NCBI GenBank assembly: GCA_015654635.1
Contig: JAATGP010000007.1
Span: 17,771-81,770 of the forward strand
DNA: 64,000 bases
Reading direction: 5' to 3'
DNA from: Alphaproteobacteria bacterium
GTDB lineage: Bacteria; Pseudomonadota; Alphaproteobacteria; Micropepsales; Micropepsaceae
The notes under the pieces are model-generated. The model was given only the letters and a program-made list of their open reading frames with translations. It ran no database searches and was not told where the DNA came from. Made by a program: the position numbers and the translations under genes. This document shows positions 15,341-23,854 of the stretch, in pieces. Numbering within the stretch: the first letter of the stretch is position 1; each line of letters starts with the position of its first letter.

Positions 15341-15843
15341 TTGGCGCTATTGCACTTCTCGTCTTTGTCACCGCGGAGCGGCTGGCGGAGCTTGTTTTGG
15401 CCAAGCACAACACGTCGCGGCTGCTCAGCCGCGGCGCCGTGGAGTTTTCGCCCTACCATTATCCGCTGATCGTCACCCTGCATGCCGCGTGGCTTTTCGG
15501 CTTGTGGTACGCCGCCTGGGATCGCCCGTTACATTGGGGGTGGCTGGCGCTCTTTGCCGTACTTCAAGTCTTGCGTGTCTGGGTGCTCGCAACGCTTGGA
15601 GAGCGTTGGACGACGCGCATCATCGTGCTGCCGGGCGCGCCGCTCGTAAAAACGGGGCCTTATCGTTTTTTGAGTCATCCCAATTACGCGGTTGTTATCG
15701 GCGAGATCGCGGTCCTGCCGCTGGTCTTCGGCCTGCCGTGGTATGCCTTGGCCTTCTCCGTTATGAATGCCATGGTGCTGTTTCTGCGTATTTCCGCTGA
15801 AAGCGCGGCTCTCCGAGGAGCATCCGATTCCCCGCAGCGATAA
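15337..15843 (+). CDS. Isoprenylcysteine carboxyl methyltransferase (ICMT)-family membrane methyltransferase
   Basis: 168 aa and polytopic. C-terminal motif GPYRFLSHPNYAVVIGEIAVLPL. The TTG start overlaps the PKS stop (TTGA). Confidence 0.8.
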   Translation: MIGAIALLVFVTAERLAELVLAKHNTSRLLSRGAVEFSPYHYPLIVTLHAAWLFGLWYAAWDRPLHWGWLALFAVLQVLRVWVLATLGERWTTRIIVLPGAPLVKTGPYRFLSHPNYAVVIGEIAVLPLVFGLPWYALAFSVMNAMVLFLRISAESAALRGASDSPQR

Positions 15844-17446
15844 GCTCCCGCTCGCCATCTGGGCTGGTTTTGCCATGATGTGCATCGGCATGTTCATGGC
15901 AATCCTGGACGTGCAGGTGGTTGCCACCTCGTTGCCGACCATCCAGGGCGCGCTGAGCATGGCGCGCGACCAGATGAGCTGGGTACAGACGGCCTATCTC
16001 GTGGCCGAGGTCATCGCTATTCCGCTGACCGGCTTGCTGACGCGCCTGCTGTCCATGCGCTGGCTGTTTGTCATTACCATTGCAATCTTCACCATCGCCT
16101 CGATCGGTTGTGCGGCCAGCACCAGTTTCACCGTTCTCATGGTGTGGCGCGTGGTGCAGGGCTTTTCCGGCGGCACCTTGATTCCGGCTGTCTTCTGCGC
16201 CGTGTTTCTGCTCTTTCCGCCGCGCTTGCAGGGCATCGCCACCACCATTGCCGGCGTTTTGGCGGTGCTCGCCCCAACGGTCGGTCCCATCGTCGGCGGC
16301 TGGATCACCGAGACCTATTCCTGGCACTGGCTGTTTCTCATCAATGTGCTACCGGGCTTTGTTGCGGGTTTGGCAAGTGTGTGGCTGTTGCCGAGGGAAA
16401 AGCCCGCCTTCGGTGAAGCACGCTCACTCGACATTCTTTCTATTCTCCTCCTGGTGATGGCGCTGGCGGCCTTGGAGATCGCGCTGAAAGAGGCACCGGA
16501 CCGCGGCTGGCTCTCGCCCCTTGTTTTGGGCCTGCTGTGCTTGTCGCTGGCGAGCGGATTCAGTTTTGTGCACCGTTCCCTTAGACGCCAGAAACCCGTC
16601 GTTGAGCTTCGTACCTTGCGAGATCCGCTCTTCGCGGTGGGTTGTTTGCTCAGTTTCGTTCTCGGCATCGGGCTTTACGGTTCCACGTACATGATGCCGG
16701 TGTTTCTGGCTTATGTGCGCGGCCACGAAGCGTTGCAGATCGGCAGCATTATGCTGGTGACGGGTATTGCTCAGCTTTTGACGGCACCGCTTGCCGTGGC
16801 GCTGGAAAGGCGTCTGGGCGCGCGGCTGCTGACCACGGTCGGCTTTGTACTTTTTGCTATTGGGCTGGGGCTCAGTGCCTTTCAAACGCCCGAAACCGAT
16901 TTTGCGGGGATGTTCTGGCCGCAAGTGATCCGCGGCGTGGCGATCATGTTTTGCCTGCTGCCACCGACGCGGCTGGCACTAGGCCATCTGAAAACGGTCG
17001 ACGTGCCGGACGCGAGCGGTCTTTTCAATCTGATGCGCAATCTGGGCGGCGCCATCGGTATCGCACTGATTGACAGCATCATCTATGGCCGCGCCCCGGT
17101 CCACGCCACGGCCATTGCCCAGCGCTTGATGGCGGGGGATGTCGTGACGGCAAAATTTGTCGGCATTCCGCTGCGTTTATTTCAGGATCGCGCGTCGGGG
17201 CCGATCGATCCCGTCACCCAGAGCCTCCTCGAACCCATGGTCAACCGTGCCGCCTTCGTTGCTGCCATGAATGATGCCTGGGCCGTGATTGCGATTGTGA
17301 CGTTAGCCGCACTTATCACGGTGCCTTTTGCGCGGGCAAGATGGTGGGCGCGCGCCCAGTCCACCGTACCGGTGGCGGGACAGGTTGGTGCGGCGGCCGT
17401 GGCACATCCGTTGCGAGAAGCGCTGGAAAAATGGCGGAATTTCTGA
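15767..17446 (+). CDS. MFS transporter, DHA2 (EmrB/QacA-like, 14-TMS) family
   Basis: LDVQVVATSLPTIQGAL, a motif-A-like region, and about 14 hydrophobic segments. The ATG at 15767 overlaps the ICMT gene by 77 nt out of frame. The next ATG (15875) would truncate TM1, so the start is uncertain. Confidence 0.8.
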   Translation: MPWCCFCVFPLKARLSEEHPIPRSDKLPLAIWAGFAMMCIGMFMAILDVQVVATSLPTIQGALSMARDQMSWVQTAYLVAEVIAIPLTGLLTRLLSMRWLFVITIAIFTIASIGCAASTSFTVLMVWRVVQGFSGGTLIPAVFCAVFLLFPPRLQGIATTIAGVLAVLAPTVGPIVGGWITETYSWHWLFLINVLPGFVAGLASVWLLPREKPAFGEARSLDILSILLLVMALAALEIALKEAPDRGWLSPLVLGLLCLSLASGFSFVHRSLRRQKPVVELRTLRDPLFAVGCLLSFVLGIGLYGSTYMMPVFLAYVRGHEALQIGSIMLVTGIAQLLTAPLAVALERRLGARLLTTVGFVLFAIGLGLSAFQTPETDFAGMFWPQVIRGVAIMFCLLPPTRLALGHLKTVDVPDASGLFNLMRNLGGAIGIALIDSIIYGRAPVHATAIAQRLMAGDVVTAKFVGIPLRLFQDRASGPIDPVTQSLLEPMVNRAAFVAAMNDAWAVIAIVTLAALITVPFARARWWARAQSTVPVAGQVGAAAVAHPLREALEKWRNF

Positions 17447-17594
17447 CACAAAAGGCGATGGATCCGCTTGTTGCCTTTGGCCATCATGTACCCCGGTTAT
17501 GTCGCGATTTGTCCTCCTCGATTGTGAAAGCCGAACATCGCCTTCTTAACGCCGGCTGGCGAACACGGCCAATCCCGCTGCTTATGATGGTGTC

Positions 17595-18233
17595 ATGGTG
17601 ACCGACAAAGCATCCGCCCATCCCTCCTGGCTATCTCTCATTGACTCTCGACTGTCGGCGCAATTGCGATTTTTGATCGAAGCCGACCGCCTTAAGACAG
17701 TCCTGCGCGGGAGCCGGATTAGCGATGGCTCGCGTAAAGAGAACACGGCAGAGCATAGTTGGCATCTCACTTTGTTCGCGACGGTTCTTTCGGAGTGGGC
17801 TATTGCCCCCGTCGACGTCCTGCGTGTGACGCAGATGCTGATCGTTCACGATCTGGTAGAGATCGACAGCGGCGACACGCCTCTCTTCGACACTGCAGGC
17901 GCTGCTACCCAAGCGGCTCGCGAAAGGGTAGCGGCCGAGCGGCTGTTCGGACTCCTCCCCGATGATCAGGGCAACAGACTTCATACATTGTGGCTCGAGT
18001 TCGAGGCCGCCACGACTGCCGATGCACGGTTCGCAAAGGCCTTGGATCGCCTTCAACCGATCCTGCTCAATCACATCGTAGGGGGCGGAACCTGGATCGA
18101 TTATGACGTCGATGAAACGCGCGAGCGTTCCATGACGTGTCGTATCGCCGAGGGCTCGCCTGTGCTGTGGAAAGCGGCCGAGGCCGTGTTCGCAGAAGCG
18201 GTTCAGATGGGCTGGCTTCGCCCGGCTCCGTGA
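17595..18233 (+). CDS. HD-domain phosphohydrolase (YfbR-like 5'-nucleotidase family)
   Basis: ENTAEHSWHLTLFA ... IVHDLVEIDSGDTP (H..HD..D metal ligands). Confidence 0.8.
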   Translation: MVTDKASAHPSWLSLIDSRLSAQLRFLIEADRLKTVLRGSRISDGSRKENTAEHSWHLTLFATVLSEWAIAPVDVLRVTQMLIVHDLVEIDSGDTPLFDTAGAATQAARERVAAERLFGLLPDDQGNRLHTLWLEFEAATTADARFAKALDRLQPILLNHIVGGGTWIDYDVDETRERSMTCRIAEGSPVLWKAAEAVFAEAVQMGWLRPAP

Positions 18234-18289
18234 GCGTTAGTTACAAAGCTATCGCCAGAATTCCGCGCCCTCACAAAAAAGCAGCCAAG

Positions 18290-18339
18290 TGGCGGCCCAC
18301 GAACGATGACGATAGGCGCTATGTCTACGCGATAACCAC
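18290..18339. repeat. Left copy of ~50-bp imperfect direct repeat (tggcggcccacgaacgatgacgataggcgctatgtctacgcgataacc...)
   Basis: About 38/47 identity with 20645-20695 by hand alignment. Abuts the stop codon of the SDR gene. Confidence 0.6.
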
Positions 18340-19383
18340 CTACGCAACCTCTCTTGAGTCACGAAGCAGGCCAAGCCGTATCAGGCTTTCGGCGGTCGCG
18401 ACTATGGCTTCCTCACTCGGACGCGGTGCCCAACCGAGCAAGCGTATCGCCTTTTCGCTGGTCGCATTCAAATTTACACCGAGCAGGGGCACGATCCCTT
18501 TCATCATCGGATCTTTCAGGGCGCCGAGACGCACCAACCAGTTGGGCAGTACTCGCGTCGGCACCTTGCTGGCGGCTATCCCCGCGCGCTGCCGCAACAC
18601 TCTTGCGACATCGATCATCCACAGACTTTCACCGGCGATCGCGAGGAAGCGCTCCCCTTTGGCGGCGGGATGAATCATGGCGCGCAGATGCAAGTCCGCC
18701 ACATCTCGGACATCGACAAATCCAGAATTGATCTTCGGGCATCCGGGTTGTCCGTCCATCAGATTCTTTATCAATCTGATGGAGTGTGAATAGTCTGCAC
18801 CCAGGACGGGGCCAAGAACGGCAGTCGGGTTGACGGCCGACAATTCGAGCCTGCGCCCCTCTCGCGCGACGAAATCCCAGGCCGCCCGTTCTGAAAGGGT
18901 CTTCGATTTCTGATAGGGCCAGACGCTGCCCGACAGGTCACTCCAGTCTGTCTCGTTGAACGGCCTGATCATCGATTTGTGTCCCGCGCAGATCGCACCG
19001 AAGGCGGAAGTCAGCACCACACGCTTAACCCCGGCGTCCCGCGCGGCACGCAGAACCCGCAGATTGCCTTCGACGGCAGGCTTGATCCAATCCTCCTCGC
19101 GGACCTGATCGCCTGTCGGGGTGGGTGAAGCGCCGTGCAGCACATAAACACAGCCGTCGGCGGCCTGTGCCCAGCCCTGGTCGGCGATGAGGTCAGTGGT
19201 GACGAATGACAGGCGATCACCCGGATCGGCCCCGCCAACCTTGAGGTGCGCGCGCACCTCGGCTTCTCGCGACAGCGAACGGACAGTAGTCCGCACGCGA
19301 TATCCGGCGTTCAACAGCGCCAGAATGCAATGCTGTGCGATGAATCCCGTTCCGCCGGTTACGAGTATCTGTTGGTCGTTCAT
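18340..19383 (-). CDS. NAD(P)-dependent SDR-family aldehyde/flavonol-type reductase (extended SDR, epimerase/dehydratase fold)
   Basis: ILVTGGTGFIAQH Rossmann motif and YxxSK (YQKSK). Confidence 0.85.
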   Translation of the reverse strand: MNDQQILVTGGTGFIAQHCILALLNAGYRVRTTVRSLSREAEVRAHLKVGGADPGDRLSFVTTDLIADQGWAQAADGCVYVLHGASPTPTGDQVREEDWIKPAVEGNLRVLRAARDAGVKRVVLTSAFGAICAGHKSMIRPFNETDWSDLSGSVWPYQKSKTLSERAAWDFVAREGRRLELSAVNPTAVLGPVLGADYSHSIRLIKNLMDGQPGCPKINSGFVDVRDVADLHLRAMIHPAAKGERFLAIAGESLWMIDVARVLRQRAGIAASKVPTRVLPNWLVRLGALKDPMMKGIVPLLGVNLNATSEKAIRLLGWAPRPSEEAIVATAESLIRLGLLRDSREVA

Positions 19384-19517
19384 GTCGATTTCCTAAGTGG
19401 TGCACTGGTCAGGGCGGGTGGTGCCCCTTCAACGGTCAATCGCCGCCATGCCCCGATCCGGAATGGCGGGTTCCTGCAAGCTTTCCCCCAAAATAAGATT
19501 GGATGCTAGGACTGTGA

Positions 19518-20558
19518 ATGCTTGAAAGTCCATTTTACTTGCGTGATAGTACGGATATGAGTGCCGATCCCTTCTCCGACATCCTCAAATTCACGAATGC
19601 GAAATCGCTCGTGACCGGTGGCTTCACGGCGGGAGGCTCGTGGGCAATCCGCTTTCCCGCGCCGGATAAGATAAAGTTCTTTGCCGTGGTAAAGGGCCAT
19701 TGCTGGGTCTGCATCGAGGGTGGGGCGGAGCCGATCCACTTTGAAACCGGAGACGTGGGACTGTTGTCGGCGAAGCGATCCTTCGTTCTGGCTAGTGACC
19801 CGAACCTCCCTCCTGTCGAGGCCATGAGCCTGTTTTCCGGAGCCGGCAGAACGATGGTGGAATTGGGGGATGGCGGCGACTTCGCCCATATCGGCGGCCA
19901 TGTTCTGCTTGATCCGGCGAGCGGTTGGCTGCTGGCGGACGTTTTACCGCCATGGATTCACGTGCCTGCGGCCTCACCGCAGGCAGCAGCCTTCCGGTGG
20001 CTGCTCGACCAACTTGTCGAGGAGCGCGCTTCCGAACAGCCCGGCACACAGCTCGCATCGGCGCAACTTGCCCAGCTTCTCTTCATCCAGATTTTGCGTG
20101 CCCATCTCAAGACATCCACTCCCATGCCGGCTGGGTGGCTGCGTGCACTGGGCGATTCACGCATCGCTCCAGCCCTTCGATTGATGCATGGTGATCCCGG
20201 TCGTGCTTGGCACCTCGACGCGCTCGCAAGGGCATGCGCCATGTCCCGGACGACGTTCGCTTTCCATTTCAAGAGCGTCGCGGGCGTCGCACCACTGACC
20301 TATCTCACCGAATGGCGTATGCATCTTGCTGAACGTGCCTTGCGGGAGGAGGCCACGCCCGTGGCAGTCGTTGGCCAATCACTTGGCTACGCATCCGAGA
20401 GTGCTTTTAGCAATGCCTTCAAACGCGTGACCGGCAGTTCACCCAAGGCATGCCGGAAAGCTGCGCGGGTTTCCGCCTCGCATATTGCCGCAAGCCAGAT
20501 CAACGGCACTCCTTCGCGAGGAGTGCACGACACCGATAGCATCGACATTCGGCAATGA
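19518..20558 (+). CDS. AraC-family transcriptional regulator with N-terminal cupin domain (start may be Met14 at 19557)
   Basis: DPFSDILKF cupin_6-type N-terminus and a C-terminal double HTH (..RTTFAFHFKSVAGVAPLTYLTEWRM..GYASESAFSNAFKR). Divergent from the SDR gene. Confidence 0.85.
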   Translation: MLESPFYLRDSTDMSADPFSDILKFTNAKSLVTGGFTAGGSWAIRFPAPDKIKFFAVVKGHCWVCIEGGAEPIHFETGDVGLLSAKRSFVLASDPNLPPVEAMSLFSGAGRTMVELGDGGDFAHIGGHVLLDPASGWLLADVLPPWIHVPAASPQAAAFRWLLDQLVEERASEQPGTQLASAQLAQLLFIQILRAHLKTSTPMPAGWLRALGDSRIAPALRLMHGDPGRAWHLDALARACAMSRTTFAFHFKSVAGVAPLTYLTEWRMHLAERALREEATPVAVVGQSLGYASESAFSNAFKRVTGSSPKACRKAARVSASHIAASQINGTPSRGVHDTDSIDIRQ

Positions 20559-20644
20559 AGGGCTCCGCAGCACGCGGAACATCAATTCTACGATCCAGCT
20601 ACCCTCGACACGCTATATTACGCTGACGGTACGCCAGAACTTTA

Positions 20645-20695
20645 TGGCGGGCCATGCCCGATGAAGATGGGCAATATATCTACGCCATAACCCTC
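20645..20695. repeat. Right copy of ~50-bp imperfect direct repeat
   Basis: tggcgggccatgcccgatgaagatgggcaatatatctacgccataacc..., matching 18290-18339. Confidence 0.6.
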
Positions 20696-20729
20696 TAAAT
20701 GATCTTCCAAGAATTATGGCTCCTATTGC

Positions 20730-21527
20730 TTAGTTATCGCAACCAAGAGTTGATACAGAAGTGATTGCCAATAGCGAAGTTAGGCCATCCGTAAGTGCCG
20801 CTGGTCCTGGCTGAAGGATAATCGCGGATTTGATCTCGTGCAGCCGATTGTTGCGTACCGCTGGAATCGCATCGAAGCCGGGACGGGCGGCGACCTTCGG
20901 TGCATGGAACTTCTTGCCGCACCACGAACCGATGATGATGTCGGGCGCGCGGATAATGACATCCTCGCGCGCAACAATGCGGTCCCTGCCGGATTTGCAC
21001 GTGGAAAGTTCGGCGAAGATGTCGTCACCGCCCGCAATCGCGATCAGCTCTGACACCCAGCCGATGCCGGAGATCATCGGGTCGTCCCATTCCTCGAAAT
21101 AGACCCTCGGGCGCACAGTCCGTTCGCGAGTCTCGGCACGAACGCGTTCGATATTTGTGGCAAGTTCATTTGCCAGCACACTTGCGCGTTCGTAGGCGCC
21201 CACGAACGCGCCGACCGTGCGGATCATGTCGAAGATTTCCGCCACGCTGCGCTGGTTGAACGCATGCACCGCGATGCCTTCGCGGATAAGGCCGGACACG
21301 ATGTCCGCTTGAAGATCGGAGAACGCGAGCACCAGGTCCGGCTTCAGCGCCAGAATCTTCGGAATATCCGCGCTGATGAAGGCGGAGACGCGAGGCTTCT
21401 CTTTCCGTGCCTGCGGTGGACGCACCGTGTAGCCGGAGATGCCGACGATGCGTCGCTCCTCACCGAGGAGATAGATCGTCTCGGTGGTTTCTTCCGTGAG
21501 ACAGACGATCCGTTCGGCCGGAAACAT
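20730..21527 (-). CDS. BtuF-like cobalamin/siderophore-type substrate-binding protein (Peripla_BP_2 fold) without signal peptide
   Basis: RIVCLTEETTETIYLLG..IVGISGY...LKPDLVLAF...YFEEW..P.ISGIGWVSELI is the class III SBP pattern. The N-terminus MFPAERIVCL has no hydrophobic leader. Confidence 0.7.
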   Translation of the reverse strand: MFPAERIVCLTEETTETIYLLGEERRIVGISGYTVRPPQARKEKPRVSAFISADIPKILALKPDLVLAFSDLQADIVSGLIREGIAVHAFNQRSVAEIFDMIRTVGAFVGAYERASVLANELATNIERVRAETRERTVRPRVYFEEWDDPMISGIGWVSELIAIAGGDDIFAELSTCKSGRDRIVAREDVIIRAPDIIIGSWCGKKFHAPKVAARPGFDAIPAVRNNRLHEIKSAIILQPGPAALTDGLTSLLAITSVSTLGCDN

Positions 21528-22084
21528 CAGGCCGCGCTTGGTGCCCGCGGCAAGCTGGCAACGCCTGCCGAAACGCCGATGCCTTGCAGCACCAGCAAGC
21601 CAGCAAAAGCAAAGCCATTCACCTCCGCGATATAGGCGATGATTTTGGCGCTGAAACCGCCATCGTCGCCGAGAAATGGCGTCGCGGCATAGAGCGCGAC
21701 CTCATACGCCGCGAAAGCGGCAACGAAACACGCCACAGCGCTCATCACCCATCCGGCGCGGTTGGCGACGCTACGCGTTCCGATGGCGGCAGCGGTAGCG
21801 ATCAAGGCGCTTATGCCGATCGCCGCGCCCCAGGCGAAGCTGTTGAAGTTCTGCGGATAATGCAGGAAGCCGTAGCCTATGATCTGGTTGGCGAGCCAGT
21901 TGATGAAGGTAAGCGCGAAAGCATCGCGCTTGCGCATGAAAAGGGCGGAAAGCGCGCCCAACGCCGGGAATGGCGTTGCGCAGGCGAAGATGAAACTGCC
22001 AATGACGGTCGCGCCGGTAAGAAGGGCGATCCACAGGCTGCGCTTTCCTTGCTCGTTGCGGCCGACGGCGGTATCCATTTTCAT
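21527..22084 (-). CDS. Polytopic membrane protein (5-6 TMS, ~185 aa), hypothetical; stop overlaps the start of the BtuF-like gene
   Basis: ORF 21527..22207; the plausible start is MKMDTAVGRNEQGKRSLWIALLTGATVIG (22084 or 22078). Hydrophobic throughout, with a 1-nt overlap with the downstream gene. Confidence 0.55.
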   Translation of the reverse strand: MKMDTAVGRNEQGKRSLWIALLTGATVIGSFIFACATPFPALGALSALFMRKRDAFALTFINWLANQIIGYGFLHYPQNFNSFAWGAAIGISALIATAAAIGTRSVANRAGWVMSAVACFVAAFAAYEVALYAATPFLGDDGGFSAKIIAYIAEVNGFAFAGLLVLQGIGVSAGVASLPRAPSAA

Positions 22085-22106
22085 GCTCCTCGAAAGCGAG
22101 TTCGGA

Positions 22107-22763
22107 ATGAAGGCCTTTGTGTCATGGAGTTCCGGCAAGGATAGCGCCTTTGCGCTCCATGAGGCGCGTCGCGCCGGGATCGAGATCGCGGGCGTCCTCA
22201 CCACCATAAACGAAGTCTATGACCGCGTCGCCATGCATGGCGTGCGCAACACGTTGCTCGACCGTCAGATCGCAGCGCTGGGCGTTCCCGCGATCAAGGT
22301 GCCCATCCCGAGCCCCTGTCCGAACGAGGTCTATGAAACGCGGATGGAAGACGCCTGCACTGCCATCAAGGCGCAGAGTATCCGCCACATCGTCTTCGGC
22401 GATCTCTTCCTGGAAGATATCCGTGCTTACCGCATCGAGAAGCTCGCGGCGGCTGGCATGGAACCCGTCTTCCCGCTGTGGCGGCGTGATACTGCCCAGC
22501 TTGCGCGCGAGATGATCGCCGGCGGACTCGTCGCCCATGTCGCCTGCCTCGATCCGCGCAAGTTGCCCCGCAACTTTGCCGGCCGGACCTTCGATGAGTC
22601 CTTCCTCCGCGATCTGCCTGAAGGCGTCGATCCGTGCGCGGAGAACGGCGAGTTTCATACCGCTGTCACGGCCGGCCCAATGTTCTCCGCGCCTGTCACC
22701 ATCACGATAGGCGACACGGTGGAGCGGGACGGCTTCGTCTTCACCGATATCATCCCGAACTAG
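22107..22763 (+). CDS. Dph6-related PP-loop ATP pyrophosphatase (adenine nucleotide alpha-hydrolase, Diphthami_syn_2 family)
   Basis: ORF 21879..22763; the likely start is MKAFVSWSSGKDSAFAL (SGGKDS-type PP-loop) at 22107. ENGEFHT motif near the C-terminus. Confidence 0.75.
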   Translation: MKAFVSWSSGKDSAFALHEARRAGIEIAGVLTTINEVYDRVAMHGVRNTLLDRQIAALGVPAIKVPIPSPCPNEVYETRMEDACTAIKAQSIRHIVFGDLFLEDIRAYRIEKLAAAGMEPVFPLWRRDTAQLAREMIAGGLVAHVACLDPRKLPRNFAGRTFDESFLRDLPEGVDPCAENGEFHTAVTAGPMFSAPVTITIGDTVERDGFVFTDIIPN

Positions 22764-23854
22764 GCCGCGCTTTTGCGCTTTTCGAACATCGCCCACACAC
22801 CGTCCTCGCCGTCCCAGCTTCCGCGGCTGGCGCCCTTGGAATACTCGGTGGCGCGTTGCTCGAAAAAGTTGGCGTGCTCCACGCCGTTGAGAATTTCGAC
22901 CAGCCAAGGCAAAGGATGCGCCTTCAATGGCCGATAGCCGCTGTCACTCTCTTCGAAGTTACCAAACACTGGCGGTAGCTTTAGTTGCGTCAACCGCCAG
23001 TCGGCGATGTAACGGACGTAAGCCTTGATATCGGCGGCACTCATGCCCTCGATGCCGCCGATCCCGAACGCCAGATCGACGAAGCCCTCTTCCAGTTTCA
23101 CCATCGTTTTGGCCACGTCGATGATGTCGTCGCGCACGGCCTTCGTCACGGCGCCGGTTTCGCGGTCCCATTGGTGAAAAAGCTTGATGACCCCTTCGCA
23201 ATGTAGGCTCTCGTCGCGCACCGACCAACTGACGATCTGGCCCATGCCATTCATCTTGTTGTGGCGCGGGAAATTGAGCAGCATCGCGAAACTAGCGAAC
23301 AACGCCATACCCTCGGTAAAAGCACCAAACATAGCGAGCGTGCGGGCGACGTCAGCGACGGTGTCCACGCCGAACGAGTGCATGTAATCCGCCTTGGCGC
23401 GCAGCTCGGCATAATCACGAAACGCTTCGAACTCCGCCTTCGGCATGCCCAGTGTTTTTAGGAGCAGCGCATAGGCGTCGATGTGCACCGTCTCCATGTT
23501 GGTGAAGGCGGCCATCATCATCTGCACTTCCAGCGGCTGGAACAGCGGGATGTAGCGCTTGAGGTAATTGTCGCCCACTTCCACGTCGCTCTGCGTGAAG
23601 AAGCGGAAAATTTGTGTCAGCAGCGCGCGTTCCGCAGGCGTAACGCGATCGGATGACCAGTCCTTGATGTCGTTGCCCAGCGGTACTTCCTCGCCCATCC
23701 AGTGCGTCTGCTGCTGGCGCTTCCAGAACTCATAGGCCCAAGGATAACGCTCAACGTCATAGGTACCGGTGGCGGTCAGCAATCCGACTTTGCCCGTGCC
23801 AATGAGGGTGCGCGGGTCCGTGTTGCCGGGAAGAATCACTGGCATGCCAAGCAC
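22760..23854 (-). CDS. nrdB: Class I ribonucleotide reductase small (beta) subunit
   Basis: Ferritin-like R2 with ETVHIDAY (E-x2-H-x3-Y spacing of the metal ligands and radical Tyr). GTG at 23854 or ATG at 23845. Overlaps or abuts the nrdA stop. Confidence 0.9.
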   Translation of the reverse strand: MLGMPVILPGNTDPRTLIGTGKVGLLTATGTYDVERYPWAYEFWKRQQQTHWMGEEVPLGNDIKDWSSDRVTPAERALLTQIFRFFTQSDVEVGDNYLKRYIPLFQPLEVQMMMAAFTNMETVHIDAYALLLKTLGMPKAEFEAFRDYAELRAKADYMHSFGVDTVADVARTLAMFGAFTEGMALFASFAMLLNFPRHNKMNGMGQIVSWSVRDESLHCEGVIKLFHQWDRETGAVTKAVRDDIIDVAKTMVKLEEGFVDLAFGIGGIEGMSAADIKAYVRYIADWRLTQLKLPPVFGNFEESDSGYRPLKAHPLPWLVEILNGVEHANFFEQRATEYSKGASRGSWDGEDGVWAMFEKRKSAA

